From: Methanotrichaceae archaeon
Lineage (GTDB): Archaea > Halobacteriota > Methanosarcinia > Methanotrichales > Methanotrichaceae
Direction: 5' to 3'
DNA: 64,000 bases
Assembly (NCBI GenBank): GCA_963813075.1
Contig: CAWEXU010000017.1
Span: 86,114 to 150,113 of the forward strand
Numbering within the stretch: the stretch's first letter is position 1; every line of letters begins with the position of its first letter. Under the pieces are notes generated by a model, which saw only the letters and a list, made by a program, of their open reading frames with translations, searched no databases and had not been told where the DNA came from. Below, one piece after another: positions 11,143-22,020 of the stretch. The position numbers and the translations under genes were made by a program.

Positions 11143-11854
11143 TCAGAGAGCAATCGATGCACCCTGGCTGCCGCCCAATTGAACAATCTTGTTCATGTCC
11201 TGAAGGGTGTAATTCCTGTTATTCTGAGCCTCCTCGTTATTGGGGTCAAGTAGCAGGGCTTTATCGAAGCGGACTAGGGCTTCCTGGTATCTTCCCAGCG
11301 CCCGCAGGACTACCCCCTCGTTATTCCAGCTCGGAGGATTCAAGGGATCAATGCTGGTGGCCAGTCTGTAAGACAGACCAGTGATCCGGAGTAGATCGCC
11401 TTTATCGCCCAGAGCCATACCCTTTCCATTCCAGGCTTCGAAATTGAAGAATTCAGACTCCAAGACCTGATCGAAAGAGGATGGCCTCATCATTTCTATT
11501 CAGGCCCTGGGAGAGGGCAAGCCCCTTCCAGTTAAGAGGCTCGACGTTCGTGGAGTCTATCGCAAGAGCCTGATCGAAACATGCTACAGCATCCACGAAG
11601 CGTGCCCAAGATTGCCAAGTGTACTATCCCTTGCGGTTCCAGAGGTTGACATTGACTGCGTCCAGCTCTAGCGCCTTATCATAGCTTCCTGCTGCCTCTT
11701 CTATGCTGCCGTTCAAGAATTGCTGATCTCCCAGGTTTGACCAGTATTCTGCGGTATATTCTGCGGTATATTCTCCCGCACCAGGCAGAATGCATGCCAT
11801 CGCCAGGACGGCTAATAATCCAATTGCGAGCTTCATGAAATGCTGTTTTTGCAC
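11143..11854 (-). CDS. Secreted tetratricopeptide-repeat protein (several indels)
   Basis: Signal-like N-terminus and TPR units (YDKALELD, FDQALAID, WNGKG, WNNEG...FDKAL) spread over shifted frames. Confidence 0.78.
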
Positions 11855-11945
11855 AGGGGATAGATATCTCTACCCCATCCCTCTGCTGAGATTGCCCAAA
11901 AGTTAATTAATTCCTCCCTCATAGCACCATGTAGAATAGCACCAT

Positions 11946-12494
11946 ATGGATCATAAATCAGCAATCAGCACAGATCAGCACCATATAGATAAAGTAGATA
12001 AAGGTCCGGGTTTGTCGACTGAATTCCCCGGCAGAGGAGTGGAGGAGGTTCTTGATTTGAAGAGATTCGATGTAATGCTGGAAAAGGACATATCCGGTTA
12101 TGAGGGTGAGTTCTCCGATCTTATTCACCAGGCTCCGGCTTTTTACAGAATGATGACCAGGCTGTTGGATGACAAGGATCTTCCCAGATCCATCTCGCCC
12201 CACATTATCGCCGCGATCGCATACTTCATTCTTCCCGAGGATATAATTCCCGAAGACAAGTTCGGCCCGGTGGGCTATGTTGATGATATCTATCTATGCG
12301 CCTTCGTTGCCAATGAGGTTGTGAAGGAATCCGGATCCTCAGATATCATAACCCGGAACTGGGATGGAAATAGACCGGTTATTGAACTGATAAATGAGAT
12401 TCTCGATCGCGAGAAAGAGCTTTTAGGCAATAAGAAAGAGCATATGATGCAGTATATAGGCTTCGATGAGATTCAGGGCTTTGACGAGATTTAG
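11946..12494 (+). CDS. DUF1232/YkvA family protein
   Basis: AIAYFILPEDIIPE...GYVDD motif. Confidence 0.8.
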   Translation: MDHKSAISTDQHHIDKVDKGPGLSTEFPGRGVEEVLDLKRFDVMLEKDISGYEGEFSDLIHQAPAFYRMMTRLLDDKDLPRSISPHIIAAIAYFILPEDIIPEDKFGPVGYVDDIYLCAFVANEVVKESGSSDIITRNWDGNRPVIELINEILDREKELLGNKKEHMMQYIGFDEIQGFDEI

Positions 12495-12563
12495 GGCTTT
12501 ATTAAGAGATCAATTGGATTAAGCTCCTTCAGCTTCAAGCTCTTCAGCTCAAGCTCCTTCGGA

Positions 12564-12896
12564 TCAGGCTCCTTTTTTATCCTGATCTCGTCTGGGTTTG
12601 TACGGGCGCCTCTTCTGTCCATTGCACGAGATACAGGTGGTGATCAGGACGCCATCGCACAGCCTGACCCGGGAGTTCTCTGGAGACAGGTAGCTGCCAC
12701 AGTGTCGGCAGTAGAGCCTCTTCAGGGGGCGGGGCATTCGGACCCTGGTGCGGGTGCTGATTCGTCGGGCGATTTCCACATATCTCCTGCTCCTCTCGGG
12801 ATGAATCCGGTGCGCCTCTTCCGCCAGAACAAAGAGCCTCTCCATACGCTGGAGTGCCAGATCTCTGGACTTATGGTTGTCCTTTCTCCTTCTCAC
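12564..12896 (-). CDS. rnp4: Ribonuclease P protein component 4 (Rpp21/Rpr2)
   Basis: ALQRMERLF...RRYVEIARRI...CRHC...CISC...RRPY zinc ribbon. Confidence 0.92.
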   Translation of the reverse strand: MRRRKDNHKSRDLALQRMERLFVLAEEAHRIHPERSRRYVEIARRISTRTRVRMPRPLKRLYCRHCGSYLSPENSRVRLCDGVLITTCISCNGQKRRPYKPRRDQDKKGA

Positions 12897-13023
12897 GGCC
12901 AGAGCTGGCGTGACCGGTCTATAAACCTATTTCGTCCTGATCTCCTGGAGGGACTCTTTGTCCGGAAGAGGAACTTTCAATAAAGATAACCTATTTCTAC
13001 ATTCAGTGATCACAACCAGTCCA

Positions 13024-13287
13024 ATGGCTGCCACATCACTCCCAATCAAGATCACCCCGGAGATGGAGGAGTACATCCGTGCCCGCTCGACAGATATGCG
13101 CGTCGCCACCACCTGCGAGGGCCCGCTGATCTTCTCCGTCAAGACCAGTCCACCCAAGCCCACCGATCACATCATCTCTGTGGGGGAGCGCAAGGTCTAC
13201 ATCTCTGCCGTCCAGGCACCTTATATCAAAACTATAGATGAGAGTATGCTGCCACGATGCGCTCTGGAAAAGAGGAAATGTTACTGA
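13024..13287 (+). CDS. Hypothetical protein
   Basis: Clean ORF with host-like codon usage. Loosely resembles small HesB-like proteins (ITPE...TCEGP...PPKPTD). Confidence 0.65.
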   Translation: MAATSLPIKITPEMEEYIRARSTDMRVATTCEGPLIFSVKTSPPKPTDHIISVGERKVYISAVQAPYIKTIDESMLPRCALEKRKCY

Positions 13288-13545
13288 AGTTCGTTTAAAG
13301 ATGCGATTGCCTCAGCCCGGATATAATCAGAATCATCCACCATACAACCAGGCTGATCAACACCATAAGAGATAGAGCGGCGTAGTCCATTATCGACATC
13401 TCCTGGATATTAATGGTCTTTTATGATGATATAGACGATTGTGATAAGTTCGCATCCAGGCGAGGTCGGCGAGGAATCGGGAATATCCAGATCTTGCCGC
13501 AAGCCGGCAAACCGAAACCATTAAGTCGCTGAGAGTGGGAATTAG

Positions 13546-13698
13546 ATGCATATGAAAAAAACCAGGTCGCCAATCTGGCTGGTACTGTTAGGGGCGATTA
13601 TGTTCCTCGCCCTCTTATGGCGCTGGATATTGCGAATGCCAGTAAAAAGAGATGAAGAGGACGACAGCCGAAACCGCAAAAACCGTCCTGTAGCATAG
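13546..13698 (+). CDS. Small single-pass membrane protein (50 aa), absent from the ORF track
   Basis: MHMKKTRSPIWLVLLGAIMFLALLWRWILRMPVKRDEEDDSRNRKNRPVA. Confidence 0.55.
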   Translation: MHMKKTRSPIWLVLLGAIMFLALLWRWILRMPVKRDEEDDSRNRKNRPVA

Positions 13699-13723
13699 GC
13701 TCCAATCTCTTTCAGGCCCAAAA

Positions 13724-14257
13724 TCAGCGGCCATCCAGCCATTCCTTTAGAGCGCGCATAGAGGCAGCGCGGTGAGAGATGCGATTTTTCTCTGCCAGCT
13801 CCATCTCCGCCAGGCTCCGGTCGCCCACATAGAATATGGGGTCGTATCCAAATCCCGAGCTTCCCCGGGCCTCAAAGCCGATCTGCCCCTCCACCATTCC
13901 CTGGAACATCTGAGGCTCAAGCCCAGGCTCAGAATACACCACTACCGATTTGAAGAAAGCCCTGCGATCGGAAAGGCCATCCATCAGCCGCAGTATTCCC
14001 TTGTTGCCGATGGTCTTCTGGACATAGGCGGAGTAGACGCCAGGAAAGCCATTTAGAGCATGGACGAATAGGCCCGCATCCTCCAGCATCGCCGGCCCCT
14101 CCAGACGGGCCATGATCTCGTTCATGCCATAGACGGCCACCTCTTCCAGAGTATCCGCCTGAATCTCAGTATAGCCCAGATCCCTCTGAACCAGATCATC
14201 GATCATGGCCCGGGCCTCCACATATTTTCCCTTGTTGCTGGTGATAAAGCTGATCAT
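13724..14257 (-). CDS. rdgB: Non-canonical purine NTP pyrophosphatase (RdgB/HAM1)
   Basis: ITSNKGK, EDAGL, GFPGVYS, FGYDPIF, KNRISHR. Confidence 0.95.
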   Translation of the reverse strand: MISFITSNKGKYVEARAMIDDLVQRDLGYTEIQADTLEEVAVYGMNEIMARLEGPAMLEDAGLFVHALNGFPGVYSAYVQKTIGNKGILRLMDGLSDRRAFFKSVVVYSEPGLEPQMFQGMVEGQIGFEARGSSGFGYDPIFYVGDRSLAEMELAEKNRISHRAASMRALKEWLDGR

Positions 14258-14296
14258 CTTATATCCCTACAATTCCTTCTCAATATACCTTAAAAA

Positions 14297-15112
14297 TTAA
14301 TCGGAATCGCTTTTTCTGGCCTCCACCTCCAGCCTCACCATCCCCACGTGAATATCCCCATTCTCGTCCGGAGGATGAAGCTGGACGTACCTCTCAACCA
14401 CTGAATAAATGAAATCCGACCTCAGCTCTTCTGGCACTCGTTCGATATAGGGCAGCCAGGTGCTCGTAATCCATGAGGACAGGCCCGTTCTGCCTTTTTG
14501 GACCATATCCTTCTCTAATAGCTCCACCCGGACCGTTTTCAGGCCGGATGCATCTAGCCAGGCCCGGTACTCCACCGGTCCGAAAAAGCCGTAGGGAAAT
14601 CCAAATCCTTCGAAGTAGGGGCGCCATCTATCCTCCGAGATCATCTCCCCGGCAATATCCAGCACGCTGGCGGCATTGCCCCTCCCCCCAAACTGCATAA
14701 AGACCCGTCCTCCCTTCCTCAGGCTCCGCCTGATCCCCGCCAGAACCGGCCTGTGATCCAGGACCCAGTGAAGAGCAGCGAAAGAGAGGACGAGATCAAA
14801 CTGGTTATGGTATTGCAGGTTTCGGGCATCACCGTGCTGGAAGTCGAGGTTTGGCCACTCTTCTGCCGGGAACCGGGACCGGGCAAAGCTCAGCATCTCC
14901 TGGGAGCTGTCAAGCCCTGCCACCGATCCTTTCGGTACGAGGCGCGATATCCGGGCGGTGATCTTGCCGTCTCCGCAGCCGATATCAAGTATCCTTTCGT
15001 CTCCCCTAATCGAGATCCTGGACAATAGCTCCTCTGCCCACATCTTCTGAGCAGACGAGCTCAGAGAATAGGTTTCGGGGTCCCATCGGTGCATCTTTAT
15101 GTCTTCTGCCAT
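14297..15112 (-). CDS. Class I SAM-dependent methyltransferase (trans-aconitate methyltransferase-like)
   Basis: ILDIGCGDG, FDLVLSFAALHW. Confidence 0.88.
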   Translation of the reverse strand: MAEDIKMHRWDPETYSLSSSAQKMWAEELLSRISIRGDERILDIGCGDGKITARISRLVPKGSVAGLDSSQEMLSFARSRFPAEEWPNLDFQHGDARNLQYHNQFDLVLSFAALHWVLDHRPVLAGIRRSLRKGGRVFMQFGGRGNAASVLDIAGEMISEDRWRPYFEGFGFPYGFFGPVEYRAWLDASGLKTVRVELLEKDMVQKGRTGLSSWITSTWLPYIERVPEELRSDFIYSVVERYVQLHPPDENGDIHVGMVRLEVEARKSDSD

Positions 15113-15305
15113 ACCTGATTATCCTGGCTTTTTTCTTTTATCGCAATTTAACAGTTGATCTTTAATTTTAATAAGCCTTTCCGATTTGGTCTTCTCTATC
15201 GAAATCTGCCGTCACGGCCCCCATCTCACCAATTCTCCCAAGGGGAACGTTTTTAGATAGCTAGCAATAGTCACAGAAGTGAATTTGCATTCTGGTGAGG
15301 ACGAA

Positions 15306-16547
15306 ATGGATCTGGGAGATAGAGTCTTGGTGGAGAGGAACGGCATCTCCTATGAGGGGGTTCTCATGCCGTCCCGCCGCGCTGACCACGTGGTCATAAA
15401 GCTGAAGAACGGCTACAACCTCGGCCTGAGGGCAAAGGAAAGCAACATCAAGCTGATAGAAAAGGGCCAGGAGATCAAATCCAGGCAACTGGACCGACCT
15501 CTCAAAGAAAAACCGGGCCTGCCCCAGGTGTCCATTCTCTCGACCGGCGGGACCATCGCCAGCAAGGTGGACTACCGGACGGGTGCCGTCACCAGCCAGT
15601 TCTCTGCCGGGGAGATCATATCCGCCATCCCCGAGCTGGAGGAGATCGCCAACTATCGGGCCCGGGTTATCTATCAGATCCTGAGCGAGAACATGCGTTC
15701 GGAGTACTGGACGGCCCTCGCGCGGGCGGTGGCCGAGGAGATCTCTGGAGGCGCAGAGGGGGTGATCATAACCCATGGCACTGACACCATGATGTACACC
15801 GCCGCCGCACTATCATTTATGCTGAGAACACCGGTCCCCGTGGTCCTGGTCGGCTCCCAGAGGAGCTCGGACCGTCCCAGCAGCGATGCCTCCATGAACG
15901 CCATCTGCGCGGCCACAGTTGCCACCAGCGACATTGCCGAAGTCTGCGTGGTCATGCACGGCACAACCAACGACGACTACTGCACCATCCACCGCGGAAC
16001 GAGGGTCCGCAAGATGCATACCTCTCGCAGAGATGCTTTCCAGACCATCAACCAGCCTGCACTGGGCAGGGTGGATTACCTCAAGAGAAAGGTCGAGACC
16101 CGCCTTCCCTACCGCCGCCGGGGCGAGGTGCAGATGGAGTTGAATGAGAGGCTTGAGCCCAGGTGCAGTCTGGTAAAGTACACTCCCGGATCCTCTCCCG
16201 AGATCCTGCATTACTACATTGACAAGGGCTATCGGGGAATCGTCGTGGAGGGAACGGGCCTGGGTCACGTTGCCTCTGACTGGATCGAGGGCATCGCCAG
16301 GGCAAAAGAGGAGAACATACCGGTGGTCATAACCTCACAGTGCCTGCGGGGCAGGATATGCGACCGGGTGTATGATACCGGTCGAGATATGCTCCAGGCC
16401 GGTGCAATAGAGGGCGGCGATATGCTGCCCGAGGTGGCCCTGGTCAAGCTGATGTGGGTGCTGGCCAATAATCCCGCGGAGGTCAGGTCAATGATGAAGA
16501 CCCCCCTGGCCGGCGAGATCTCCTTCTCCACACCGATCACCGTATAG
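15306..16547 (+). CDS. gatD: Glu-tRNA(Gln) amidotransferase subunit D
   Basis: [10 protein letters not shown]-domain; [33 protein letters not shown]. Confidence 0.96.
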   Translation: MDLGDRVLVERNGISYEGVLMPSRRADHVVIKLKNGYNLGLRAKESNIKLIEKGQEIKSRQLDRPLKEKPGLPQVSILSTGGTIASKVDYRTGAVTSQFSAGEIISAIPELEEIANYRARVIYQILSENMRSEYWTALARAVAEEISGGAEGVIITHGTDTMMYTAAALSFMLRTPVPVVLVGSQRSSDRPSSDASMNAICAATVATSDIAEVCVVMHGTTNDDYCTIHRGTRVRKMHTSRRDAFQTINQPALGRVDYLKRKVETRLPYRRRGEVQMELNERLEPRCSLVKYTPGSSPEILHYYIDKGYRGIVVEGTGLGHVASDWIEGIARAKEENIPVVITSQCLRGRICDRVYDTGRDMLQAGAIEGGDMLPEVALVKLMWVLANNPAEVRSMMKTPLAGEISFSTPITV

Positions 16548-16630
16548 TATCATAAGATCCCAAGCAAGGCCAAAACCTTATAAGCAAGGTGAATAGTGCA
16601 CCAACCTCAGGATTATTGGAGGAATTAGTT

Positions 16631-17146
16631 TTGACACGCAAGCCAGCAAGCATGTATAGAAGGCATGAACGTCCCTACACACGCAGAAAGTATATGGGAG
16701 GCGTTCCGGGAAGCAAAGTAGTTCACTATGACATGGGCAATCTCCAGGAGGACTATCCCCTGCAACTGACATTGGTGGTCATGGAGCCCTGCCAGATCAG
16801 GCACACCGCCCTGGAAGCGGCAAGAGTGGCGGCCCATCGATTTCTGCAGAAGCAGATGGGCAAGACCAACTACCACCTCAAGCTCAGGACATATCCCCAT
16901 CATGTAATTCGCGAGAACAAGCAGGCCACCGGCGCAGGTGCAGACCGTGTCTCCAGCGGCATGAGAATGGCATTCGGCAAGGCAGTAGGAACCGCAGCCA
17001 GAGTTGAAGCAGGCCAGAAGCTATTCACCCTGGGAATACCCCCTCAGTACCTCAATGATGCCAAGGAGGCGTTGACCAGGGCTGGACATAAGCTGCCGAC
17101 ACCCATTCAGATCATAGTGGAATCCGGTCAAGAGCTGATAAGGTAA
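16631..17146 (+). CDS. rpl10e: 50S ribosomal protein uL16 (L10e)
   Basis: [36 protein letters not shown]. Probable TTG start after GGAGG. Confidence 0.95.
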   Translation: MTRKPASMYRRHERPYTRRKYMGGVPGSKVVHYDMGNLQEDYPLQLTLVVMEPCQIRHTALEAARVAAHRFLQKQMGKTNYHLKLRTYPHHVIRENKQATGAGADRVSSGMRMAFGKAVGTAARVEAGQKLFTLGIPPQYLNDAKEALTRAGHKLPTPIQIIVESGQELIR

Positions 17147-17151
17147 TCTGG

Positions 17152-17781
17152 ATGGACGACTATTTAGCGGGCCTGGATAGGGCCATGAAGAAGATGCCCG
17201 CCAACAGAGAGTCCAAGGAACGGTTTGTGATACCCTCGGCGAAGGTGTTCTATGAGGGCAAGACCACAGTCCTGGAGAACTTTGGGGCTATAGCTGACAC
17301 TCTGAATCGCGATCCGGAACATCTCATGAAATATCTTCTCCAGGAGATGGGCACAGCCGGAAAGATCGAGGGACAGCGGGGGATCTTTCAGGGAAAGTTT
17401 GGCGAGACCGCCATCGCCCGCCAGATAGAATCCTACTTCGAAGAGTATGTTGTCTGCACTGAGTGCAGGCTTCCAGATACTCATCTCATCAAAAGCGACC
17501 GTGTCCTGACACTCAAATGCGACGCTTGCGGTGCCCATAGGCCGGTGCGCAAGAGAAAGGCTACGGCTACGATTCAAAAGGACGTCATCGAAGAGGGCGA
17601 GACCTATGAGCTGCGCATTGAGTCTGTGGGCAATAAGGGCGACGGCATAGCCAAGGTCGATAAATATCTCATATTTGTGCCCAGCACAATTAAAGGAGAG
17701 ATCGTCCGGGCCAAGATTAAGAAGATCAGCGGAACCCTGGCCTTTGCCGAGGTTGTGGAGAGGAAAGGCAAGGTGGCCTAG
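17152..17781 (+). CDS. eif2b: Translation initiation factor aIF-2 beta with C-terminal TRAM domain
   Basis: CTECRLPDT...CDACGA zinc ribbon; GNKGDGIAK...IFVP TRAM domain. Confidence 0.93.
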   Translation: MDDYLAGLDRAMKKMPANRESKERFVIPSAKVFYEGKTTVLENFGAIADTLNRDPEHLMKYLLQEMGTAGKIEGQRGIFQGKFGETAIARQIESYFEEYVVCTECRLPDTHLIKSDRVLTLKCDACGAHRPVRKRKATATIQKDVIEEGETYELRIESVGNKGDGIAKVDKYLIFVPSTIKGEIVRAKIKKISGTLAFAEVVERKGKVA

Positions 17782-18015
17782 ATGGAGGAGAAGATCATCC
17801 TCACCTTTACTGAGGAACACAAATATCTGCTGGAGTTTCTCCCTCCTTTGTTCTGGAGGGATTTTGCAGAAGGGTATGGTGGTCTTCCCTGGATCGAGAT
17901 CAGTGACGGGCGAACGGCAATAGTGGCTGAAAACTACTCTTACCTGCTGGACCTCCTGGTTCAGGCCAGGTTGTACCGCCTGAGCAGGCTGCCATCGGGC
18001 ACTCGGCTGAAGTAG
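17782..18015 (+). CDS. Hypothetical protein
   Basis: ATG immediately follows the eif2b stop, in operon position. Confidence 0.65.
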   Translation: MEEKIILTFTEEHKYLLEFLPPLFWRDFAEGYGGLPWIEISDGRTAIVAENYSYLLDLLVQARLYRLSRLPSGTRLK

Positions 18016-18055
18016 AATGGATTGAAGGCCACCAGATTTCAGGTCATCGGGAATT

Positions 18056-18796
18056 ATGTCTGGACCAGCGGCATCCTTGAGGGGATATCTCATTCGCGGC
18101 CTGCCGGTTATCCAAGAGGGGGACGATATTCCCAGATTCCTTAAATCCCTTTTTGAGTTCGAGGACGGAGATGTCCTCTGCCTTGCCAGCACCATTGTGG
18201 CCAAGTCAGAAGGCCGGATGAGGGAGCTGGGAGACTACCGACCTGGTAGCCATGCAATTGAGGTCGCAAGCAAATTGGGAAAAGACCCCCGGTTTGTGCA
18301 GGCGGTTTTTGATGAATCCAGCGATATACTGCTCGAACGGCCCTTTCTGCTCACGGTAACTCATTTTGGCCATATTGGGGTTAACGCCGGCATTGATCAG
18401 TCCAATGTGGGTGACGAAAAGATACTCCTGCTGCCAGAAGATCCCTCTGCAAGCGCCCAGAGGATTGTTGAGGCTCTGGGAAAGGATTGTGCTGTGATAA
18501 TCACCGATACCTGTGGCCGGCCTTTCCGTAATGGTGTTGCCGGGGTGGCGGTGGGCTGGTCGGGCATCGCCGCTTTGAAAGACTGGCGCGGTGAACTCGA
18601 TTTGCATGGAAGAGCACTCAGCATAACCCTGGAGGCAATAGTAGACGAGATTGCCGCCGCTGCTAACCTGTTGATGGGGGAGGCAGGGGATGGCACCCCG
18701 GCAGTGGTCTTCCGGGGGCTCAAATATCCTCGCTCTGGAGACGATCTCTTCCGGGCAAGGGAGACGGACATAATCCGGTCCCGATTGAATAGCTGA
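18056..18796 (+). CDS. cofE: Coenzyme F420-0:L-glutamate ligase
   Basis: GLPVIQEGDD, NAGIDQSN, ITDTCGRPFRNG, MGEAGDGTP. Confidence 0.94.
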   Translation: MSGPAASLRGYLIRGLPVIQEGDDIPRFLKSLFEFEDGDVLCLASTIVAKSEGRMRELGDYRPGSHAIEVASKLGKDPRFVQAVFDESSDILLERPFLLTVTHFGHIGVNAGIDQSNVGDEKILLLPEDPSASAQRIVEALGKDCAVIITDTCGRPFRNGVAGVAVGWSGIAALKDWRGELDLHGRALSITLEAIVDEIAAAANLLMGEAGDGTPAVVFRGLKYPRSGDDLFRARETDIIRSRLNS

Positions 18797-18823
18797 ATTC
18801 TATTGATCTGGTGATTGCATTCT

Positions 18824-19477
18824 ATGCTGCAATCGATTCAAGTGATAATTCCCTTCAAAGCCCGGGGGGGAAAGAGCAGGCTCTCCGGAGTTCTCAATCC
18901 CGCAGAGCGGAGGCTCTTTGCCTTTGCCATGCTCAGGGACGTCCTGGCTGCGGCCTCTGGCCTGGGAAGAGCGACCGTTCTCTCAGAGATGGATCCTGGC
19001 TCTGAAGAGGTGGGGTTGGATGCGGACATTCTGGAGTCGGAGCTGGAGCTGAACGATGCTCTGAACTCCTTGATATCACATCATGCCAGCCTGGGATGGC
19101 CATCGAATATCCTCATCATCATGGCCGATCTGGCTCTCTTGAGAGAGAAGGATGTAAGAGAGATGATTTGCTGCTCGGGAGATGTCGTTCTCTGTCCGGG
19201 ACGGGGAGGCGGGACGAATATGATCCTTATTCGCAGCCCGAAATTCCGGACCTGCTACCGGGGCCTGAGCTTTCCCCGGCATATTGCCTGCGCCCAAAAG
19301 ATCGGCCTGAATGTTTCTATATTCGAATCCTTTCGAGCAGGCTGCGATATAGACGAGCCAACTGATCTGGCTGAGGTGCTGCTGCATAGCGAGGGAGAAG
19401 CAAAATTGGCTCTAGAGAGGATGGGATTTGGTCTCTCTCAGAAAGGAAGGTCGATTCTGGAGCGCCGGTCCCTTTAG
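18824..19477 (+). CDS. cofC: 2-phospho-L-lactate guanylyltransferase
   Basis: IPFK...KSRLS, MADL, GGGTN, DIDEPTDL; follows cofE. Confidence 0.92.
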   Translation: MLQSIQVIIPFKARGGKSRLSGVLNPAERRLFAFAMLRDVLAAASGLGRATVLSEMDPGSEEVGLDADILESELELNDALNSLISHHASLGWPSNILIIMADLALLREKDVREMICCSGDVVLCPGRGGGTNMILIRSPKFRTCYRGLSFPRHIACAQKIGLNVSIFESFRAGCDIDEPTDLAEVLLHSEGEAKLALERMGFGLSQKGRSILERRSL

Positions 19478-19513
19478 GGCCATAATAAATTGAAAAAAGT
19501 TGAGCCTGAAACC

Positions 19514-19786
19514 TTAGATCTCGTCCAGCTTCTCAACTCCGATCTTCTTTACTTTTGGTTTCCAGATCTCGTTGGGCATCCATGCCGGCGCGCCCTTTGG
19601 CTTCTTTACCTGAACCCTCTCTCCCACAAATATGTGCACTTTCTTGGTTCCGCGCTCCCTGAGTCTTATATCTTTATGACCCCTATTGGCTGCTTTTAAA
19701 GCTGCTTGCCTGGGCTGCTTTCCTGTGAAAACTCCGATCTCATTGCCCTTCTTGTCCCTGAGGGCGAAATTTCTGGTCTCGGCCAT
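19514..19786 (-). CDS. Non-histone chromosomal protein MC1
   Basis: RNFALRD...GVFTGKQPRQAALKAANRG...RLRERGTKKVH. Confidence 0.95.
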   Translation of the reverse strand: MAETRNFALRDKKGNEIGVFTGKQPRQAALKAANRGHKDIRLRERGTKKVHIFVGERVQVKKPKGAPAWMPNEIWKPKVKKIGVEKLDEI

Positions 19787-20054
19787 CATATCCCTCCATT
19801 TTCCGACTATCAAAACTCTGACTGATTAACAGCTATGCACAATACCATTATATTAATTTTATCCAGATGGCATATGTGCATTCTTATTTTCCGGGATTTA
19901 AAAAATCAGGTTTTTGAGGCAAAATCCATATCTGTAAGTCTAATTTATCGAACTATGCCCTAAAACGAGTTTGCAGAGTCTATGATGCCTGATCAGAATG
20001 ATCGCGGCGGATATGGACCTCTTTTGCCCTGGCCCTGCCCGACTCCAATCATTC

Positions 20055-20789
20055 TTAAATTGTTTGTGCTCTTGTGATCCTCTCTTCGCCCACATGGGCG
20101 CGCACCAGAGCGGGCAGATCCCCCCATAGAGCCATCTTTTCTCCCCTGATCACAAGCGCGCCAATGACCCCCGGCCGGTCGACGGCAAGAAAGCACTGCT
20201 CTAAAGGTGCCGTTGCCTGCACGGCATTGCCCAGGGCAGTGGCGGAAGCATCTGCCAGCGCCAGGTCGTTTGATATGACCGTGGCCGCATCAGCACAGCC
20301 AAACGATATGGATGGTCCCACGCTCCCAGAGCTGGTGCAGATGCCAAGGGGATTGGTGCGGGCAGGGATCTCGAAGGCAAGGTCTCGAAGAGGAGACCGG
20401 CCGGCGTACACTCCCACCGTTACGGGGACATCGTTTAAGATGCAGATATCCCCCCCATTGTCAACAATGGCATAAGTCGCTCCGGCATCGATCATCGCCT
20501 GCACGGCAATTTCGGCAATGATGCCTGCGACACAGGCCATCGGGCCAACCCCAACCATAGCGCTGGATTCGATCATTCGCTCGATGATCGGTGGCGCACC
20601 GTTCGCTTGAAGGTCATAGGGCTCCAGGGTGATCATAAAAAAAGGATCCTTCTCGATGAAGTCCTCCAGATATCGGCGCTGCTCGGCAATTGACCTTTTG
20701 GCGGCATCTATATGCTCTCGCTTTCGAGCAAAGATGGTGACTGCAGTCTCTTTGAGTTGAAAATGCTCACGCAGGATCTCTGACATCAT
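20055..20789 (-). CDS. UPF0280 (ApbE-like) protein
   Basis: GVGPMACVAG, DNGGDI, GICTSSGSVGPSISFG, ADASATA. Confidence 0.88.
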   Translation of the reverse strand: MMSEILREHFQLKETAVTIFARKREHIDAAKRSIAEQRRYLEDFIEKDPFFMITLEPYDLQANGAPPIIERMIESSAMVGVGPMACVAGIIAEIAVQAMIDAGATYAIVDNGGDICILNDVPVTVGVYAGRSPLRDLAFEIPARTNPLGICTSSGSVGPSISFGCADAATVISNDLALADASATALGNAVQATAPLEQCFLAVDRPGVIGALVIRGEKMALWGDLPALVRAHVGEERITRAQTI

Positions 20790-22020
20790 CCTCTTCCGTC
20801 TTTTTGAGCCTGGCCACATCCTCGTCTCTGCCCCGCAGGCTCAAGACCAGTTCATCCTCATAGCTCACATCCAAAAGCTCACTGGTCCGGTAAAGACGGG
20901 AAAGCTGTGCAAAGCTCCGGGGGGTGTAAGGGAGCCGGATCTGATATTCCTTCAATTTTGGCAGGCGCTGATAGATGCATTCTTGAAGGCTTTTCAGACC
21001 CTGGCTGGAATGAGCGGAAACCATAACCGGATTTGGGACTAGGTCCCGGATGTCATCCATTTTAATCTGGGCTTCGAGTTCATTGAGCCTGTCCACCTTG
21101 TTCAGGACGGTGATCATGGGAGCCGTCACCTGGCAGTCCCAGAGGGCTTTGTGCGATGCTAAAAGCTTCTTTCTCAGCAGCTCTGGTGGATCGCTGATGT
21201 CTGCGACCAAAAGGACCAGATCTGCCTGAGCGATCTCGGAAAGGGTGGAATGGAAGGCCTTGATCAGGAAATGGGGCAGGTCATCGATGAACCCCACCGT
21301 ATCGGTGAGCAGCGCCCTGCGGCCATTGATCTCCAGAGCCCTGGTGGTGGGAGTGAGGGTGGTGAAAGGCTGATCCTGGGCATTGACCACCGAGCCGGTG
21401 AGAGCGTTGAGCAATGTGCTCTTGCCGGCATTGGTGTATCCAGCCAGGGCGATGAGGTCAAATCCCTGCTCTCTGCGCCTCTTTCTCCTCCCTTCGCTCA
21501 TCGCCTCCACCTCTTTCAGCTCAGCTCTGATCTTTGCCATCCTCCCCCGGATATCATGGTACATCGACTGCTCATAGGCTCCCGCCCCTCGAAAGCCCGG
21601 CTGCTCTCCCCGTTTTTTAATGGCGAGCTCGCTTTTAACCTGGGGGGCGTCATAGCTCAGACGGGCCAGCTCCACCTGAAGCTTGGCCTCCCTGGTGGAA
21701 GCGCGGGAGGCGAAGATCTCCAAAATGAGATTGAATCTGTCCAGCACCTGGGCGGGAAATTCGCTCCTGATGTTGAAGACCTGATTGGGGCTGAGGGGAT
21801 TGTAGAATATCAGCTTCTTTGGCTGCAAGCTCAGGGCCTCGGCTATCTTCCCTTTCCCGATCTGGAAACGATGATCCCTCCCCCGGCGCTGAGTGATCTC
21901 GGCAAGGACACTGTATCCCGCGGCTTCTGCCAGGCCCCGCAGCTCTTTCATCTTATAGGGGTCTTCAGGCCGGGCCGGGTTCTCCCTCAAGAGCAGAACT
22001 GCGGTCTTATCCCCATTCAT
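20767..22020 (-). CDS. hflX: GTPase HflX
   Basis: EAKLQVELA, GYTNAGKS, DTVGFI, NKVD. Confidence 0.95.
   Translation of the reverse strand: MNGDKTAVLLLRENPARPEDPYKMKELRGLAEAAGYSVLAEITQRRGRDHRFQIGKGKIAEALSLQPKKLIFYNPLSPNQVFNIRSEFPAQVLDRFNLILEIFASRASTREAKLQVELARLSYDAPQVKSELAIKKRGEQPGFRGAGAYEQSMYHDIRGRMAKIRAELKEVEAMSEGRRKRRREQGFDLIALAGYTNAGKSTLLNALTGSVVNAQDQPFTTLTPTTRALEINGRRALLTDTVGFIDDLPHFLIKAFHSTLSEIAQADLVLLVADISDPPELLRKKLLASHKALWDCQVTAPMITVLNKVDRLNELEAQIKMDDIRDLVPNPVMVSAHSSQGLKSLQECIYQRLPKLKEYQIRLPYTPRSFAQLSRLYRTSELLDVSYEDELVLSLRGRDEDVARLKKTEEDDVRDPA

Noticed and set aside
11600..11640. Pyrrolysine (TAG) read-through in the TPR gene
   Set aside because: Read-through does rejoin the frame, but the TPR-consensus residues (IV-LGNLG) lie in shifted frames. 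This points to compensating indels, and no pyl genes are visible.
17164..18204. Long antisense ORFs (for example 17164-18204, 8662-9645, 28858-29889, 4343-5188)
   Set aside because: Shadow frames opposite well-supported genes in GC-rich DNA, with no recognisable motifs.
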